This document shows positions 40,946 to 56,125 of a stretch of 64,000 nt of DNA, piece by piece. Source of the stretch: Eledone cirrhosa (lineage: Eukaryota). The position numbers and the translations under genes were made by a program. The stretch is from assembly GCA_964016885.1 (NCBI GenBank), contig OZ024743.1:124992001-125056000 (forward strand). Reading direction: 5' to 3'. Position 1 is the stretch's first letter; the number at the start of each line of letters is the position of its first letter. The notes under the pieces are model-generated. The model did not search any database. It was not told the origin of the DNA and worked only from the letters and a program-made list of their open reading frames with translations.

Positions 40946-41140
40946 CAACGAAGGAATTGTGGTAAGGAACCAGATGGACCATAACGCACCAGAGTACTCA
41001 ATACTTAAGGTAGTAGAGTGGGTAATAGGAAAAAGTATGACCCCGACGGCAGAGCTCAAGCCGTTTCGACGGCTATTTCTGCACTGAAATAGCCGTCGAA
41101 ACGGCTTGAGCTCTGCCGTCGGGGTCATACTTTTTCCTAT
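40946..41140 (-). mobile_element. Hairpin-headed short element in (TA)n (half-hammerhead family); copies at 50103-50246, 55888-56082 and 61248-61442
   Basis: 55-bp perfect inverted arms (41025-41079 / 41086-41140) plus an ~80-bp tail shared by all four copies. Confidence 0.85.
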
Positions 41141-41599
41141 ATATATATATATATTGGAGAAGGTGGTGAATTAGCAAGAATGCCGGATAGAATGTTTAGC
41201 AGTTATCACTCTGGTTCTCTATTCTCTGAATTCAAATCCCGACGAACTCAACTTTTCCTTTCATCCTTTCGAGATCGATGAAAGAAGTACTAGGAGTTGA
41301 TTCTGCCTCTGTATCTCTTTCTCACTTCCTCTTTAAAATGCCCAAGAAACATCGTAAGTCACTACGGCACCCCGACGACTTCACCAGAAATTGCGGGTAC
41401 ATACATACATGATGATACTTAAGCATGAGAATCACGTACGTGGCATTTTAGTCTAGCTAGGGACTTGCCTATGGCCAGCCATGTCATGCAACGCAAAATA
41501 TATCACATATCAAACAATGTCTGTGCTTGAAGCTTTTTTTAAGTGAGGAAAGGCTTTACACGGGGCCAAGTATATATCCATCCATCGATACATACATAC

Positions 41600-43970
41600 A
41601 TGATGATAGCTGCCCCCTCGTTATCGAGTATGGCCATTGCACGAGAAAAAAACCATAATAATAACAATAATAATAATAACAACAAAAATAGTAATAACGA
41701 CAACAACAACATTAATAATACATATATATATATACATACACACGCACACACATAAACATATCTACACACACACACACGATAGCAATTAACAGCGCTGCGA
41801 TAGAATGTGGCTTTTTAGCCCAGCCAATGATCTAAAATGTCTTGCACAGAGTTGGCAACCAAAACATTCACTGGGAATAGCCGGCTGTGGTTGGAGTTCA
41901 TGTACTTTTGCATGTCGTTTGAGCCCTCCTGTTGATTTACATTCTCTACCACATGCTTGGCAAGCATGATGAGTAGCATCTCCAACAGCAGCCTGGTAGT
42001 CAACCACTGGTCTTACTTTATGACTGCGAAGATGACTTTCGAGTCCAGCTTTGCTGAGGCAGAGTCTCGCACAGACGCTGTATGTCAGCGTCATAGGAGG
42101 ACCTTCGCCGTCTGGAAATACAACAGCAATGCCCTTCCTCACAACCCGTTTACTTTCTCGAATGCGATTCGAGATGCCTCAAAGGCAACTTTCCCCTCAT
42201 GTACAGTCTTTCTCCATTTATTACGATCAGCAGCAACATTTTCCCATGTATCAGCAGAGATGTTAGCGTCTTTCAAAGAGGCTTTCAAGGAATACTTATA
42301 CCTCTTTTTTGGTTTATGTGGCGGTCGTTTTCCTTTAACTAACTCTCCATAAAAGAGTTGTTTTGGTATTCTAGAATCCTTCATCCTGGCAAGGTGACCA
42401 CTTCAACGGAGTCGTTGCTTAAGCACAAGAGCTTCTATACTGTCACACAGAGAGCTTTGCAAAATCTCGACATCACTGATGTGGTCCCTTCAGTGAACGC
42501 CATGGATCCGTCTGAGACACATCTGATGGAAACGCTCCAATTGCTTAAGGTGGTGTCGATATGTGACCCAGGTCTCGCAGGCATAAAGAGGAGAAGAGAG
42601 CATACATGCCTTGTACACCTTTACCTTTGTCTTCTTGCATATGTCTCGCCGACCCCAGAGTCGCCTTTCTAGCTTTCCGAAAGCATCACTTGCTTTCCTA
42701 ATCCTGAGTGGGATTTCATTATCAAGGTTGCTGTATCGATTGACAGTGCTTCCCAGGTAGACAAACTGATCAACTACTCCAAGTCATTTACCATACACAT
42801 AGATATTTGGTTCACTTTACTGCTTACTAGGAGCAGGTTGGTACATAACAACGGTTTTCTTCGGTTTTCTTGAGACTGACAGTCAATCCTAGGGCAGTGC
42901 AAGCATCAGAAAATGCATTCAAAATGTGCTGCAGATCACTCTCTGTGTGCGCTACAAGATCGCAATCATCTGCATACAAGAGGTCTCTTATGATTTATGT
43001 AAATACTTTTGTTTTTGCAGCAAAGCGCCTGATGTTAAATATGCTGCCTGGGGTTCGATATCGGATGTAAACACCATGCTCGCAATTCCTGAACACAATA
43101 TAGAAAACCATTGCAAAGTATATGGCAAACAGGGTTGGTGCTGGAATATCCCCCTGTTTCACTCCATTTTTTACTGAGATAGGCTCCGACATGTTACCTC
43201 CGACATTAACCCAAGCCTTCATGTCGTCATGGAAAAACCTAACTAAAGCAAGGAACTTAGGGCAACCAAGTTTCTGGAGAACCTTCCATAATGCATTTCT
43301 GTTAACAGTATCGAAAGCTTTTGTCAGATCGACAAAAACTTGATACAGATCCAAACCTTGTTCCATGCACTTCTCCTGGAGCTGTCTAGCTGAGAAGATC
43401 ATATCAATAGTGCCGCGTCTAGCACGAAAACCAGATTGACTTTCAGGAAGAACACAATCTGCAATGTGTCTCAGCAGACGGTCCAGAAGTACCCTATATA
43501 AAACTTTCCCTACAACAGAAAGCAATTATATACCTCTATAGTCCCACAATCATTCCTGTTACCCTTTCCCTTGTACAAGACCACCATTACTGCATATCTC
43601 CAGTCCTCAGGTACGGATTCATTAGCCCATATCCTGCCAAACAAAGAGTGAAGATGTTGCAGGAGTCTCTCACCACCATATTGTAGGAGCTCAGCATGTA
43701 TGCCATCCATACCTGGAGACCTTCCACTGTTCAGCTTCGAGTTAGCCACTACAACCTCCACAAGCGTCGGAGGTTCTGTGAGAGCTACTTTCATAGGACT
43801 TTCTGGAATGAGATTGAGGAAATCTTCATTGACGACAGACGGCTGATTCAAAAGATCATGAAAGTGCTCTCGCCACCTTCGTAGAATTCCTTGTGAATCA
43901 CGAAGAAGTTCTTTGCCATTCATGCTGCGAAGCGGTGTCACCAGAGAAGAAGACGGTCCATAAACTTCAC
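41600..43970 (-). mobile_element. RTE (BovB-like) LINE, 5'-truncated and frameshifted, with three C-terminal C2H2 fingers
   Basis: RT motifs LPESQSGFR..RGTIDMIF..RQLQEKC, FVDLTKAFDTV and GVKQGD..AP.LF; RIPKQLFYGEL..GKR; zinc fingers in ORF 41786-42142; (CATA)n-linked 3' tail at ~41585-41655. Confidence 0.92.
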
Positions 43971-45090
43971 GCAAGAGACATACATACAAGAGACATACAT
44001 ACACACTGGGATTTGTATTTGTAACTATATGACAATGTATTATATCCATTTTCCATGTTACAAATAACCATTAAATTACTCAGCTTTGACTGTAGATTTC
44101 TACATAGAATCGTCAACGACTGTAACAATATATTCATTTCTCACAAAAAGAAACTTTCGCTATTGACTCCAATATCGTTATTGACTTCAATATTCTCCCA
44201 CCAATGTATAATAAAAAGAAAATATAAAAAAATAGAGACCAGAAATAATAAATCTAATAATTAGAGCAGAAACGTTCTTCCTAGATCTGACACGCGAACC
44301 AATGGCACACGTGTCACAAATGACTCGTCGAAATATTTCATTAGCACGCAGGTGATATAATTAATTGTTCGTGTTGTGATTTTGTTTAGATTGGCACCAA
44401 TGAGGGCTCAGGCCCTCAAACAAATTTTCCACCCTAGTCGTAAAGTAAGGGTTCTGGCTCTCAAACAAATTAGCCGCCCTAGTCCTAAAGTAATGGAAAT
44501 AATTATTAACGCCAAACCCCTCAATTTGTCTACTTTTTTAGTAGATGAAGTTTGCTGGCTTTCTACAAGATCCATATAAAATATATTGTGGAATAATATG
44601 CAGGATGAAGGCGGCGAATTGGCAGAGTCATTTGTGCGTCAGATTAAATATCGTGATATTTTTTCCGGCTCAAATCTCTGATTTCAAATCACACTGGAGT
44701 CAACTTTGCCGTTCCTCTTTTTAAAGTCGATAAATAAAATACCAGTTCAGTACTGAGGTCGATTCTTTCTTTAGCTCTCTTTCTCTCTTTTTTGGAAAAA
44801 AAACAAAACAATCGGCTGTGTTCAGACCTGTGGAAAGATGGGCTCCGCCAGATTTCAAATGCCCAAGACACGCCGTGTGTCAGGACAGCATGTCTACCAC
44901 TCCACCACGAGTTAAGAGTCTAAAAAAAAACAAAACATAAACACCATTGGTATCTGGTGATGTTCTTCGAGCATGAACATAGAGTATCGAATAAAAAAGT
45001 GTTTTCGGATGGTATTTACAGCACTTTTTGTGAGTTTGAATACGTATCTATTTAGATCGACACGTTGAATGTGTGTCACTCCATGTAGAC

Positions 45091-45132
<42 letters not shown>

Positions 45133-46835
45133 CGGATGAGTAGAGTAGTAAAGTCAATTGGAAGTTAGGCTTCCGCATTGTGTAACACGTCAACATAATA
45201 TGGTTTACACGTCAACAGGCCGTATATTGATTAAAACAAGAATCAATACACGTCACTAGACAACATATTGATTATGGTAATATTGTCGTTTAATGACGTA
45301 ACAGTTGTTGAATTTGATTAGTGAGATTGAAGTATTCCGTAATTCAATTGTTTTACATTTAAATTTCAATGTTTATTTTCGAGAATGTTAAGAAAATAAT
45401 AACCAACTGGTTTATTTGTTATTTACCTGAATTTATAAAATTTCAATAAAGAAACGAAACGAAACTTATCTTATCTTATCACAATCCCGAAATTATAAAA
45501 TCCGACGAAAACTCATTACATTAGCATTGTCAAATTCCCTAAGGTGTAGTCATCAGTTTTCAAAATATTTAAAATAGAATGTATATATATCCAGTGTATC
45601 CTCGACATTCGCGGTCCCAGTTGTTGGCGGAATTTTCCTTAGAACCTAACTAATAATTGTTTGTGGAAACCACCGTATATTCGCGGAATCGTAAATATCT
45701 TCCGCGCGATTTTTTTAATGGCTTTTTTCGTGGCAATATATATTTTTTCATGCTTTTTAACGCTAAATTATTTATAACAATATACCGTATTTGTCGGCCT
45801 ATTGGACACCCCTTCGCATAAGACGCTCCCTTTCTTTTTATTATATTTTACTTTATATTTTGACGTTTTTAGGCATTTTTATTAACCATATCCGATATTC
45901 GCGGGTTTTCACTCTTCGCGTACACACACCTTCGGTTTTGACGATGAGTGTTCCAGTTGTTCGATCAACGAATCTTCCTGCTCATGAAATTAACGTGTAA
46001 GTGGCTGAGCATTTCATGCAGACGTGTACCCGTAAACAATTCTCAAAGAGGTTTAGATGACAAGTCTATCACTTTGAATTACAGTTGCAGCTCATCCGAC
46101 GGGCTTCAATTTAATACATACTCTCGGGTCTCAAATAATAGGGAGTAATAAGCTGAGGGGTGGGGGTAGAGTAAGTGGGGGAGTTACATATTCAGACCCC
46201 AACCCATCCTATTTATTTTATAACGTATGGGATTTCTGTAATGTACTTATTTTTGTCATGTATAAGTACATTACAGAAATCCCAATGTCATGTATAATGT
46301 TTTTTAATGTTTAAAGAAAATTAATTGTTGCATTCCTGCAACAATGCAATTGTTTATACTTTTGGCACAAGGCCAGCAATTATCCCAGTGCATTACTGGT
46401 ACTTTATTTTATCAACCCCGTAAGGATGAAAGGCAAAGTTAACCTCAGCGGGATTTGAACTCAGAACGTAAAGAGCCATAACTCTATGCTGCAAAGCATG
46501 GCGTCCAACCTTCTACCGATACTTCCAATCCATATATGGCAAAACTAACCTCGGAGGGATTTGAAATCAGAGCGTAAAGGGCCGTAACTAAATATCATAA
46601 AACATTTTTTCCGGCGCTATAACGACTCTGTCAACTCCAGCCCTGCAGATACCCAATAATAAAGAAACATTTTATTTAGGCGAAATTTACAGTTGTTTGT
46701 TGTTGACGGAAATTAGAATGTGTGACTTGCAAACTTTTCTTAATAGCATTAACGACGTTAATGAAGTGGGATGGCTTCAACTGGGATTAGAAATCAGGTC
46801 TCGATGACAATTTGCCTATAACTTACTTCTTAGAC

Positions 46836-47122
46836 CAGGGTGTACAACAGGCAGCCCGCCAGACCAGTTAAAGTGGCCCGCGATGACCGTTTTTAATTTT
46901 TACCTTGTAAGCTTATTAAGAACTTTTTTCGTAACTGTACAATTTTCTGTTAGTTGACCTATACTAAAGGGGTTCACTGGTAGGGTTATGTGTGGTATAA
47001 TTTCCCATTTCCATGTTATGGAAAGACGTTGTAGTGAATCTTTGGAATAGTGCTTAATAAATATTAATAGTTGTTCCAGTGTTCAAAAGAGGCCCGCCAA
47101 TGGAATATGTTGCACACCCCTA
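46836..47122. mobile_element. hAT MITE with 8-bp TSD
   Basis: TIRs cagggtgtacaaca / tgttgcacaccccta. TSD tcttagac at 46828-46835 and 47123-47130. Confidence 0.8.
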
Positions 47123-48102
47123 TCTTAGACGCTATGACAATAGACAATGTTTCTTCCTATCTCTTACAAATGTTTAAGGTTGTCTCATACGTGGACAGCA
47201 AATATTAATATCTGGTACACACCCATTTATTGACAATTTTGTATTCACACTGCCTTAATGTGTGTTTGATTAATTCACGCACACATTTCAAAGTAAAGCT
47301 TAAATCATGAAAGCCGGCAACATCTGTCTCCAGAGAAGGAGTGGGGGGACAGTCGGGGCAGGGATTAGCTGTCGCAAAACCGATAAAAGCTGTTAACTTC
47401 TGGTCTGCTACGTTACTCAAGGTCGTTTCACTTTAGCCAACGCGGCAACAGACGTGGCAGCCAAATTTCCTGTACATTTTGAAAACATTCTCATTTCCAC
47501 CCTCTTTCATTTATGGCGCTTTCATGGCAAATAAAGAAACAACAACAACAGTCGTAATAGAAATTTCTATATTTGACACAAGACCAGCAATTTGAAGGGA
47601 AGGGGAAAGTCGATTAAATCAACCCTAGTGCATTACTGGTATTTTATTTTATCGACCCTGTAAGGAGGAATGGTAAAGCTAACCTCGACTGGATTTGAAC
47701 TCAGAAAGTAAAGGGCCGTAACTATATGCCACAAAGCATGTTATCCGACGTTCTACCGATACTGCTAATCCACCGCCCTAACAGCAATCATAATAACAAG
47801 GGTGGGGAGTCAATTATACCAACCTCAGTTATTTTATTTTCTTGACCGCGGAAGGATGAAAGGTAAAGTTGACCTCGGCTAGATTTGAATTTAACAATAA
47901 TAATAATAACAATTTTTATTATTGTTAAAATCATGTAAACACAAGGCCATGTATGAAAAATACATAAAACATTATAAGCATAGACATAGGTACGTGGTTA
48001 AGGAGTTCGCTTCGTAACCACGTGCTCCTGGATTTAATTAAACAGCATGGTACCTTGGGCAAGTTTCTACTACTATAAACATGGTATATATATATATATA
48101 TG

Positions 48103-48939
48103 ACCGTCCATAAATCACAAATTAAAATACAGGAATACAGAAAGATTGCATTTAGTGAACATATCGCCAATTGTGCTCACACCAACATCCAAACTTTAAC
48201 ATTTTCCCCATTTACAAATTCATAGACAACGCTACTTTCATCCAACGTACCAATAAGGAAACATATTTCATTAACAAATTCCAACCCCTACTTAATGCTC
48301 TAAAAATCGAACCAATCTAAAACTGCAACAAACAATCAAACATTTACAAGAGTTACCTCCCTCACACCCTACCTAATCCTTTTTCTTAAATAAATTAAAT
48401 ATCATCCAGCAAGAATTGCTTCCCCCTGCATATTAACTCTCTAAAAAGGGAAATCATATCAAACCTCAGTCCACCATTTGCCTCCATCATGGAATCATGG
48501 ATCAACTAAGCACTCTTGCTATATTAACACATTTTGATCTGCTTAACTTCAATAACTATGCCACATTGACTTTTTTGCTCTAAATTATGCACGTTTTTTT
48601 TTTCCTTTTTCTTTTTTCTTTTCACTTCATAAATCTTGTTTGTAAATAATATTATTTTGTCTGCACCTTCTGTTTAACATGTGCGACACCACACTAATAC
48701 ATTTCACTATCATTTGATAATGCATAAAAATGTTGAAACCGGTAATAGACAATTATTAAATATATAAATAGATAAATAAATGCCTTTGTTAAATAATAAA
48801 TAAATCAACTAATACCTTAACACTTCACACAAAGTAAAACATTTCGTTTTAATCATTTTCTAACCCAGAAAAAAGAGAGAGAGAAACAAAAAAGGAAAAA
48901 AAAAAATTTTTCTCCCTAATAATCGTCTCTTTCTCCCTG

Positions 48940-48995
<56 letters not shown>

Positions 48996-49030
48996 CAGGG
49001 AGAAAGAGACGATTATTAGGAAGAAAATTT
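48103..49030 (+). mobile_element. Penelope-like 3' fragment: GIY-YIG C-terminus, U3-A8 hammerhead (48707-48748), tail-to-tail inversion around (TA)n
   Basis: Manual translation HKSQIKIQEYRKIAFSEHIANCA...FNIFPIYKF....QRTNKETYFINKFQPLLN. HHR core UUGAUAA-UGCAUAAAAAUGUU-GAAA-CCGG-UA-AUAG. 48904-48944 is inverted at 48991-49030. Confidence 0.8.
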
Positions 49031-50245
49031 ATATATATATATATTCATGTATATCGACAGTTGATCGACACGATCCCAGAATTCAATCGCTAAAGGGATG
49101 GAGCTCGTCAAATCGGACCGAGAAAACAATGTTTCCATTGGTCTTTCCAATTGCTAATAGTATCTGCGGTCGCAAATCCAGGCAGAAGGAACAACGTGAA
49201 ATAAAGTGTCTTGCTCAAGGATATAACGCATCGCCCGGTCTGGGAATCGAAATCACAACCTCACGATTGCGAATCCAATTCTCTAACCACTCAGCCACGC
49301 GCCTTCATAATTCATGTATATATGTATGAATATATGTATGTATATAAGTATGTGTTAGGTAATTCTTAAGTGCTACTGGTAACATGTAATCCAGTACAAC
49401 CTGTCACATATTCGGGTCGTCGGCGACTAATCTGGCTTGCTTGGTGAAGAGGTGATATTTGGACACTGCAAGATGAAAAACAAAAATCGACAAAAGGACA
49501 GAGGAACTGATGAGAGTCAATGACCATTCAATAATATTTTCATATATATGTGTGTATATACATATACATAAGCTATGCGCAGGGACGTAGAAATACTCAG
49601 GCTGGTGTATGAGTACACAGTAAGCCCACTGACAGTGAGAGACCCCTGATCCTCGTTAGGATATCTCTCTAGGAGGGTGAAACTCTGATGTAAAACCTGC
49701 GGCTCAATAGTAACCGATGATGTTGATCTGTTCTTCTTTTCGGACTATAGCTACTGTTTCTCAGTGAGTAGGATTGGTCCAGTGCAAGGCTTTTCGTCAC
49801 TATAAAAAGCTTCACAGACAAGCATCACTTGATATCATAGGATCTTTGAATAATGTAAATGACTGACTGTTGCCTTAAAAGGTCATTGATGAAAGTGAAC
49901 GCTCAAAATGTTGAAGTAAATAGCAACAAGGGCTCTGAAATAACATATGGAGAAAAAGTCTGGCTCAGCAGATTTTCCTGGGACACTGCAGCCTAGGCTC
50001 GGTCGACAGTCCAATACTGTGGTGAAACCTTTGAAATCTTTAAATACTGGTTGCAATGTTTACAAAAAGCTGCAATTCTTATTGTCACTTTATATATATA
50101 TATAATTCAGTACAGAATTAGCCGTCGAAACCGCTTGAGCTCAGCCGTCGGGGTCTTACTTACTCCTATTACCCACTCTACTACCCTAAGTATTGAGTAC
50201 TTTGGTGCGTTATGGTCCACCTGGTTCCTTACCACTTTTCCCTCG

Positions 50246-50295
<50 letters not shown>

Positions 50296-50611
50296 TTCAA
50301 GAGTAAACCAATCTTAAAGAGAGAGATGGAGATAGGAGAGAAGAGAGATTGGTGAATTAGTTAGAAGCCAAAAGCGTAAAGGCATGTGCTCAATGTGCAA
50401 TATGCAGTGGAAGGCAGCTACATGGCTGGGTTCATGCAGAGGTTATTTCATTATCTCTTTTGACGTTCCGATGAACTGCTCCAATTTTACCTAAGTTATT
50501 TATCTTCATCTGAACCAGATCAATAATGATCTATAATCATTTGATCCAGAAGCATTATATGGAGTAGCGAAACAATTGTAAATGGACATTATTATTATTA
50601 TTATTATTATT

Positions 50612-53398
50612 GTTCTTTGAGTCTCAGTCATTGATGTTAGTTAACTGGAAAGTTTGTTGAAATGAATATCAAGCCACTACCTGCAGCCTCAGATATTCAG
50701 GACGTATCGGAGGGTTCTTGATGTTCCCAGCAAGCATGCCTTTTGAAGCGTTCCAAAAAGCGTGGCGGGGCCAATTTTCTTTAACCATGCCTGGAAACTT
50801 TTTGAGATAGTCCCTAGTGCGCCTATGACAATTGGGACCACTTTGACTTCATGGCAGTTCCAAATCCTTTTTACCTCCCACTTTAAGTCCTGATATCGGT
50901 TAATTTTCTCCCTCTCCTTCTCTTGCACTCTCGTGTCGAATGGGCAGGCCACATCCACAATCAGGCACGATCTTTTTTCTTTGTCCAAAACCACCAGGTC
51001 AAGTCTATTGTGTTCCAGTTTCTTGTCCGTCTGTATCCTAAAATCCCACAGCACCTTCATCTGATCGTTTTCTATCACCGCCTCTGGCTTATGCTCATAC
51101 CACTTCTCAGAATGTGGTAAATTGTTTACTTTGCATAGGTGCCAGTGGATCACCCTGCCCATCACATCATGTCTCCAGCCCTTATAGTGAGTCTGGTCTA
51201 GGTGTTTACACTCGGATACAATGTGAGCCACAGTCTCCTCTCTCACTCCACAGACCCTGCACAGTGGGCAAGCCTCCTCCTTGTAAATATGGTGTTTCAA
51301 CCACTTCGTTTTGAGGGCCTGCTCTTGCGCAGCCATTAACATTCCTTCTGTAGCCTTTTTAAGGTCTCCTCTTTTCAACCAGTTCCATGTCTGTGGATCT
51401 CTGAATTCAGTTTTCTCAAAGAAGGTACTATGAACGGATTTTTAATGAAGGCTGCTCTTTCTCCTTGTTGTTATTTCCTCCTTGGACATCCCCTGGTCTA
51501 TTGTCCTCTCCTTCAGTACAGTTCTGAGCATTGGCTCCTTACTATCAGTCACGTATTTGTGTAGGTTGTTTTTCTCCATCAGAACACAGTCCTCTATGCT
51601 GATAAGACCTCTTCCACCCTCAGATCTCCTTAAGTAGAGTCTATCGACATCACTCCTCTTGTGGAACATGTTGTAGATAGTCAATAGCTTCCTAGTCTTC
51701 CTATCCATTTCTTTTTGTTCAGCAACATTCCATCTCAGAATTCCCACACTGTACCTAATAATAGACACAGATCGGGAATTTACTGCACTTATGGCATTCC
51801 TACTGTTCAGATGTGACTTTAATACGCTCCTTACTCTCCGAATGTATTCAGATCTTATCAATTCCTTCATTTTTTTTTTGCTCTTGATGTCATCAGCCTC
51901 CAGAACACCTAAATACTTGTATCTTTCTTCAGTGTCAATTTACTTTATCATCTCACCTGTTGGTACCTGGATTCCGTTGCTTCTGCTCAATTTACCCCTC
52001 TTCATCACAATGACTCCACACTTACTAATACCAAATTGCATACATATATCATTGCTGAAAATACGGACAGTGTCAACAAGCACATCCAACTCCTTCTCAC
52101 TCTTCCCGAAGAGCTTAAGATCGTCCATGAAGAGGAGGTGATTGATGGTAAGCTCTCCCTTTCCCAACTTGTATCCTGCTCTCACTTTTCGCAATATAAT
52201 GGTCAGGGGCATCAGGGCAAGGACAAACAACAGAGGGGACAGACTATCTCCCTGGAAGATACCTCTCTTGATCTTCACGCCTCCCAAGGATTCTCCAGCT
52301 GATGTTAACTCTGTTTTCCAGGACTTCATACTTTTGCCCAACAACTGTCTGATGTTATCTGCCACCTTGAAGATCTCTAGGCTTTTGGTGATCCAAGAAT
52401 GAGGCACCATGTCAAATGCCTTTTTGTAGTCTATCCATCCCATGGCAAGACCAGTGTGTCTCCTCTTGCAATTCCTCATTACCATCTTATCAATAAGTAA
52501 CTGGTCCTTTGTACCACCGGACTTCTTTCGGCATCCTTTCTGTTCGTCCGGTAACAAGTTGTTTGTGTGGAGGTGATGGTAGATTTCCTCAGACATAATG
52601 CTTGTCAACAGTTTCCACATTACGGACAGACATGTGATAGGTCTATAGTTGGTAACATCATTACCCTTGATTCGGTCTTTCATTACCAGAACTGTGGTAC
52701 CTTTTGTCAACCACTCTGGTACCTCACCTGACATCAAGCAGTCATTGAACATGGTTGTCAGTTTCGGGTGGAGGGATGTTATATTTTTAATCCGATACCC
52801 CTGCACACCATCTGGGCCTGGTGATTTCCAGTTGGTTAGTTTTTTGGCCTGCCCCTTAAGAGTTTCAACTGTGATACTCAAATCAGTTTGCTGGTGTGCC
52901 TGTCACTAATCTCTTTTTGTACTGTCTCAATCCACACTGCCTGGTCATTATGTTTAACATCCTGCTCCCATATTCCTCTCCAGAATGTCTTAATTTGTTC
53001 CGCTTCAGGGATCAAGTCGTTGCCTCTTTCTTTCCCTTCAAGCTGTCCAAACAGCATCTTCTGGTTGTTGTCAAACATGCGGTTCTGTCTATACTGACTG
53101 ACTCTGCTCTCGTATCGCCTAATTTTTGCACTCTTTGCTACAATGCGTTGCTTTAGTTCCTCTATGATAATATTTAGCTTTTTCCTCCTAGTTTTGTACT
53201 TTATTTCCAGTCTATTTTTAGTGTCTATGTTTTTTAGTGCCCCATTCAGTAGGGACTCAAGCTTTCCAATGTCATTTCTCATTTCCCTGATTTGACCATT
53301 CAGTCGTTTCTTCCACCAAGGCTCTGATCTTTCTTGTTTATTGTTTCCTCTCGCTTTTATACAAAGTAATTTCCTCACCGCATTTGCTGTTGCTTTGA

Positions 53399-53399
<1 letters not shown>
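50612..53399 (-). mobile_element. R4/Dong-clade non-LTR retrotransposon (RT + CCHC + RLE) inserted in (TAA)n, frameshifted
   Basis: WKSPGPDG, NYRPITCL, WIDYKKAFD, GIFQGDSLSPL, HLLFMDDLKL; CRVC...HIVSEC...RHD; RLDLVV.DK...VDVACP...PIVIGALG. (TTA)n at both ends (50588-50611, 53400-53446). Confidence 0.93.
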
Positions 53400-53447
<48 letters not shown>

Positions 53448-53935
53448 CTTACATTCCTTACATTAAACTACAACTATGTTGACAATCTTTAAATAATGTC
53501 TTCCTTGTGAAATTTGTGGTCTTGTTTTGCTTAACTAATGAATATATATATATATATATATATATAAGAAGTCGTAGACTAAATTCTAAGTAGGAGACCG
53601 AATGAATCTCCGCTACAGATTTAAGAACAAAGTAAATAAATACAATAAAGAAGTAATAGAAATAAATAAATACATACACGCAAACAAATACGTACATACA
53701 CAAGCATACGCAAAAACTTACCATAGGTAAACAAAACCACGCACATATAAATATGTTTGTGTGTGTAAGCGTGTATACAAATAAATAAATAAATATATAA
53801 ACGTATATAAATAAATAAATACGTATATAACAAGCGCACACACATACCTACATGTAAATACACGAATGTTCGGAGACGTAAGTCAACCAAAACATGAAGT
53901 ACACATATACACACGCCCTACGTACGAACCTGTAT

Positions 53936-54030
<95 letters not shown>

Positions 54031-54143
54031 CAGTCGATCGACTTTCGTCAAATCGGACCGAGGAAACAATGTTTCCGTTGCTCCTTCCAATTGCTAGTAC
54101 TCTCTATCGGTCGCGCAACTCCAGGTAGAAGGAGCAACGTGAA

Positions 54144-55890
<1,747 letters not shown>

Positions 55891-56080
55891 GGAACAAGTA
55901 AGACCCCGACGGCTGAGCTCAAGCCGTTTCGACGGCTAATTCTGGACTAGAATTAGCCGTCGAAACGGCTTGAGCTCAGCCGTCGGGGTCTTACTTGTTC
56001 CTATTACCCACTCTACTACCCTAAGTATTGAGTACTTTGGTGCGTTATGGTCCACCTGGTTCCTTACCACATTTCCTTCG

Positions 56081-56125
<45 letters not shown>

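Noticed and set aside
41786-42142. Host C2H2 zinc-finger gene
   Set aside because: Contiguous with, and on the same strand as, the RTE ORF end; no splice signals.
44055-44264. ORF containing FLHRIVND as a possible missing cyclophilin exon
   Set aside because: It lacks F-x-I-Q-x-G-D and GDGTG. The true exon is 57298-57391, with matching splice phases.
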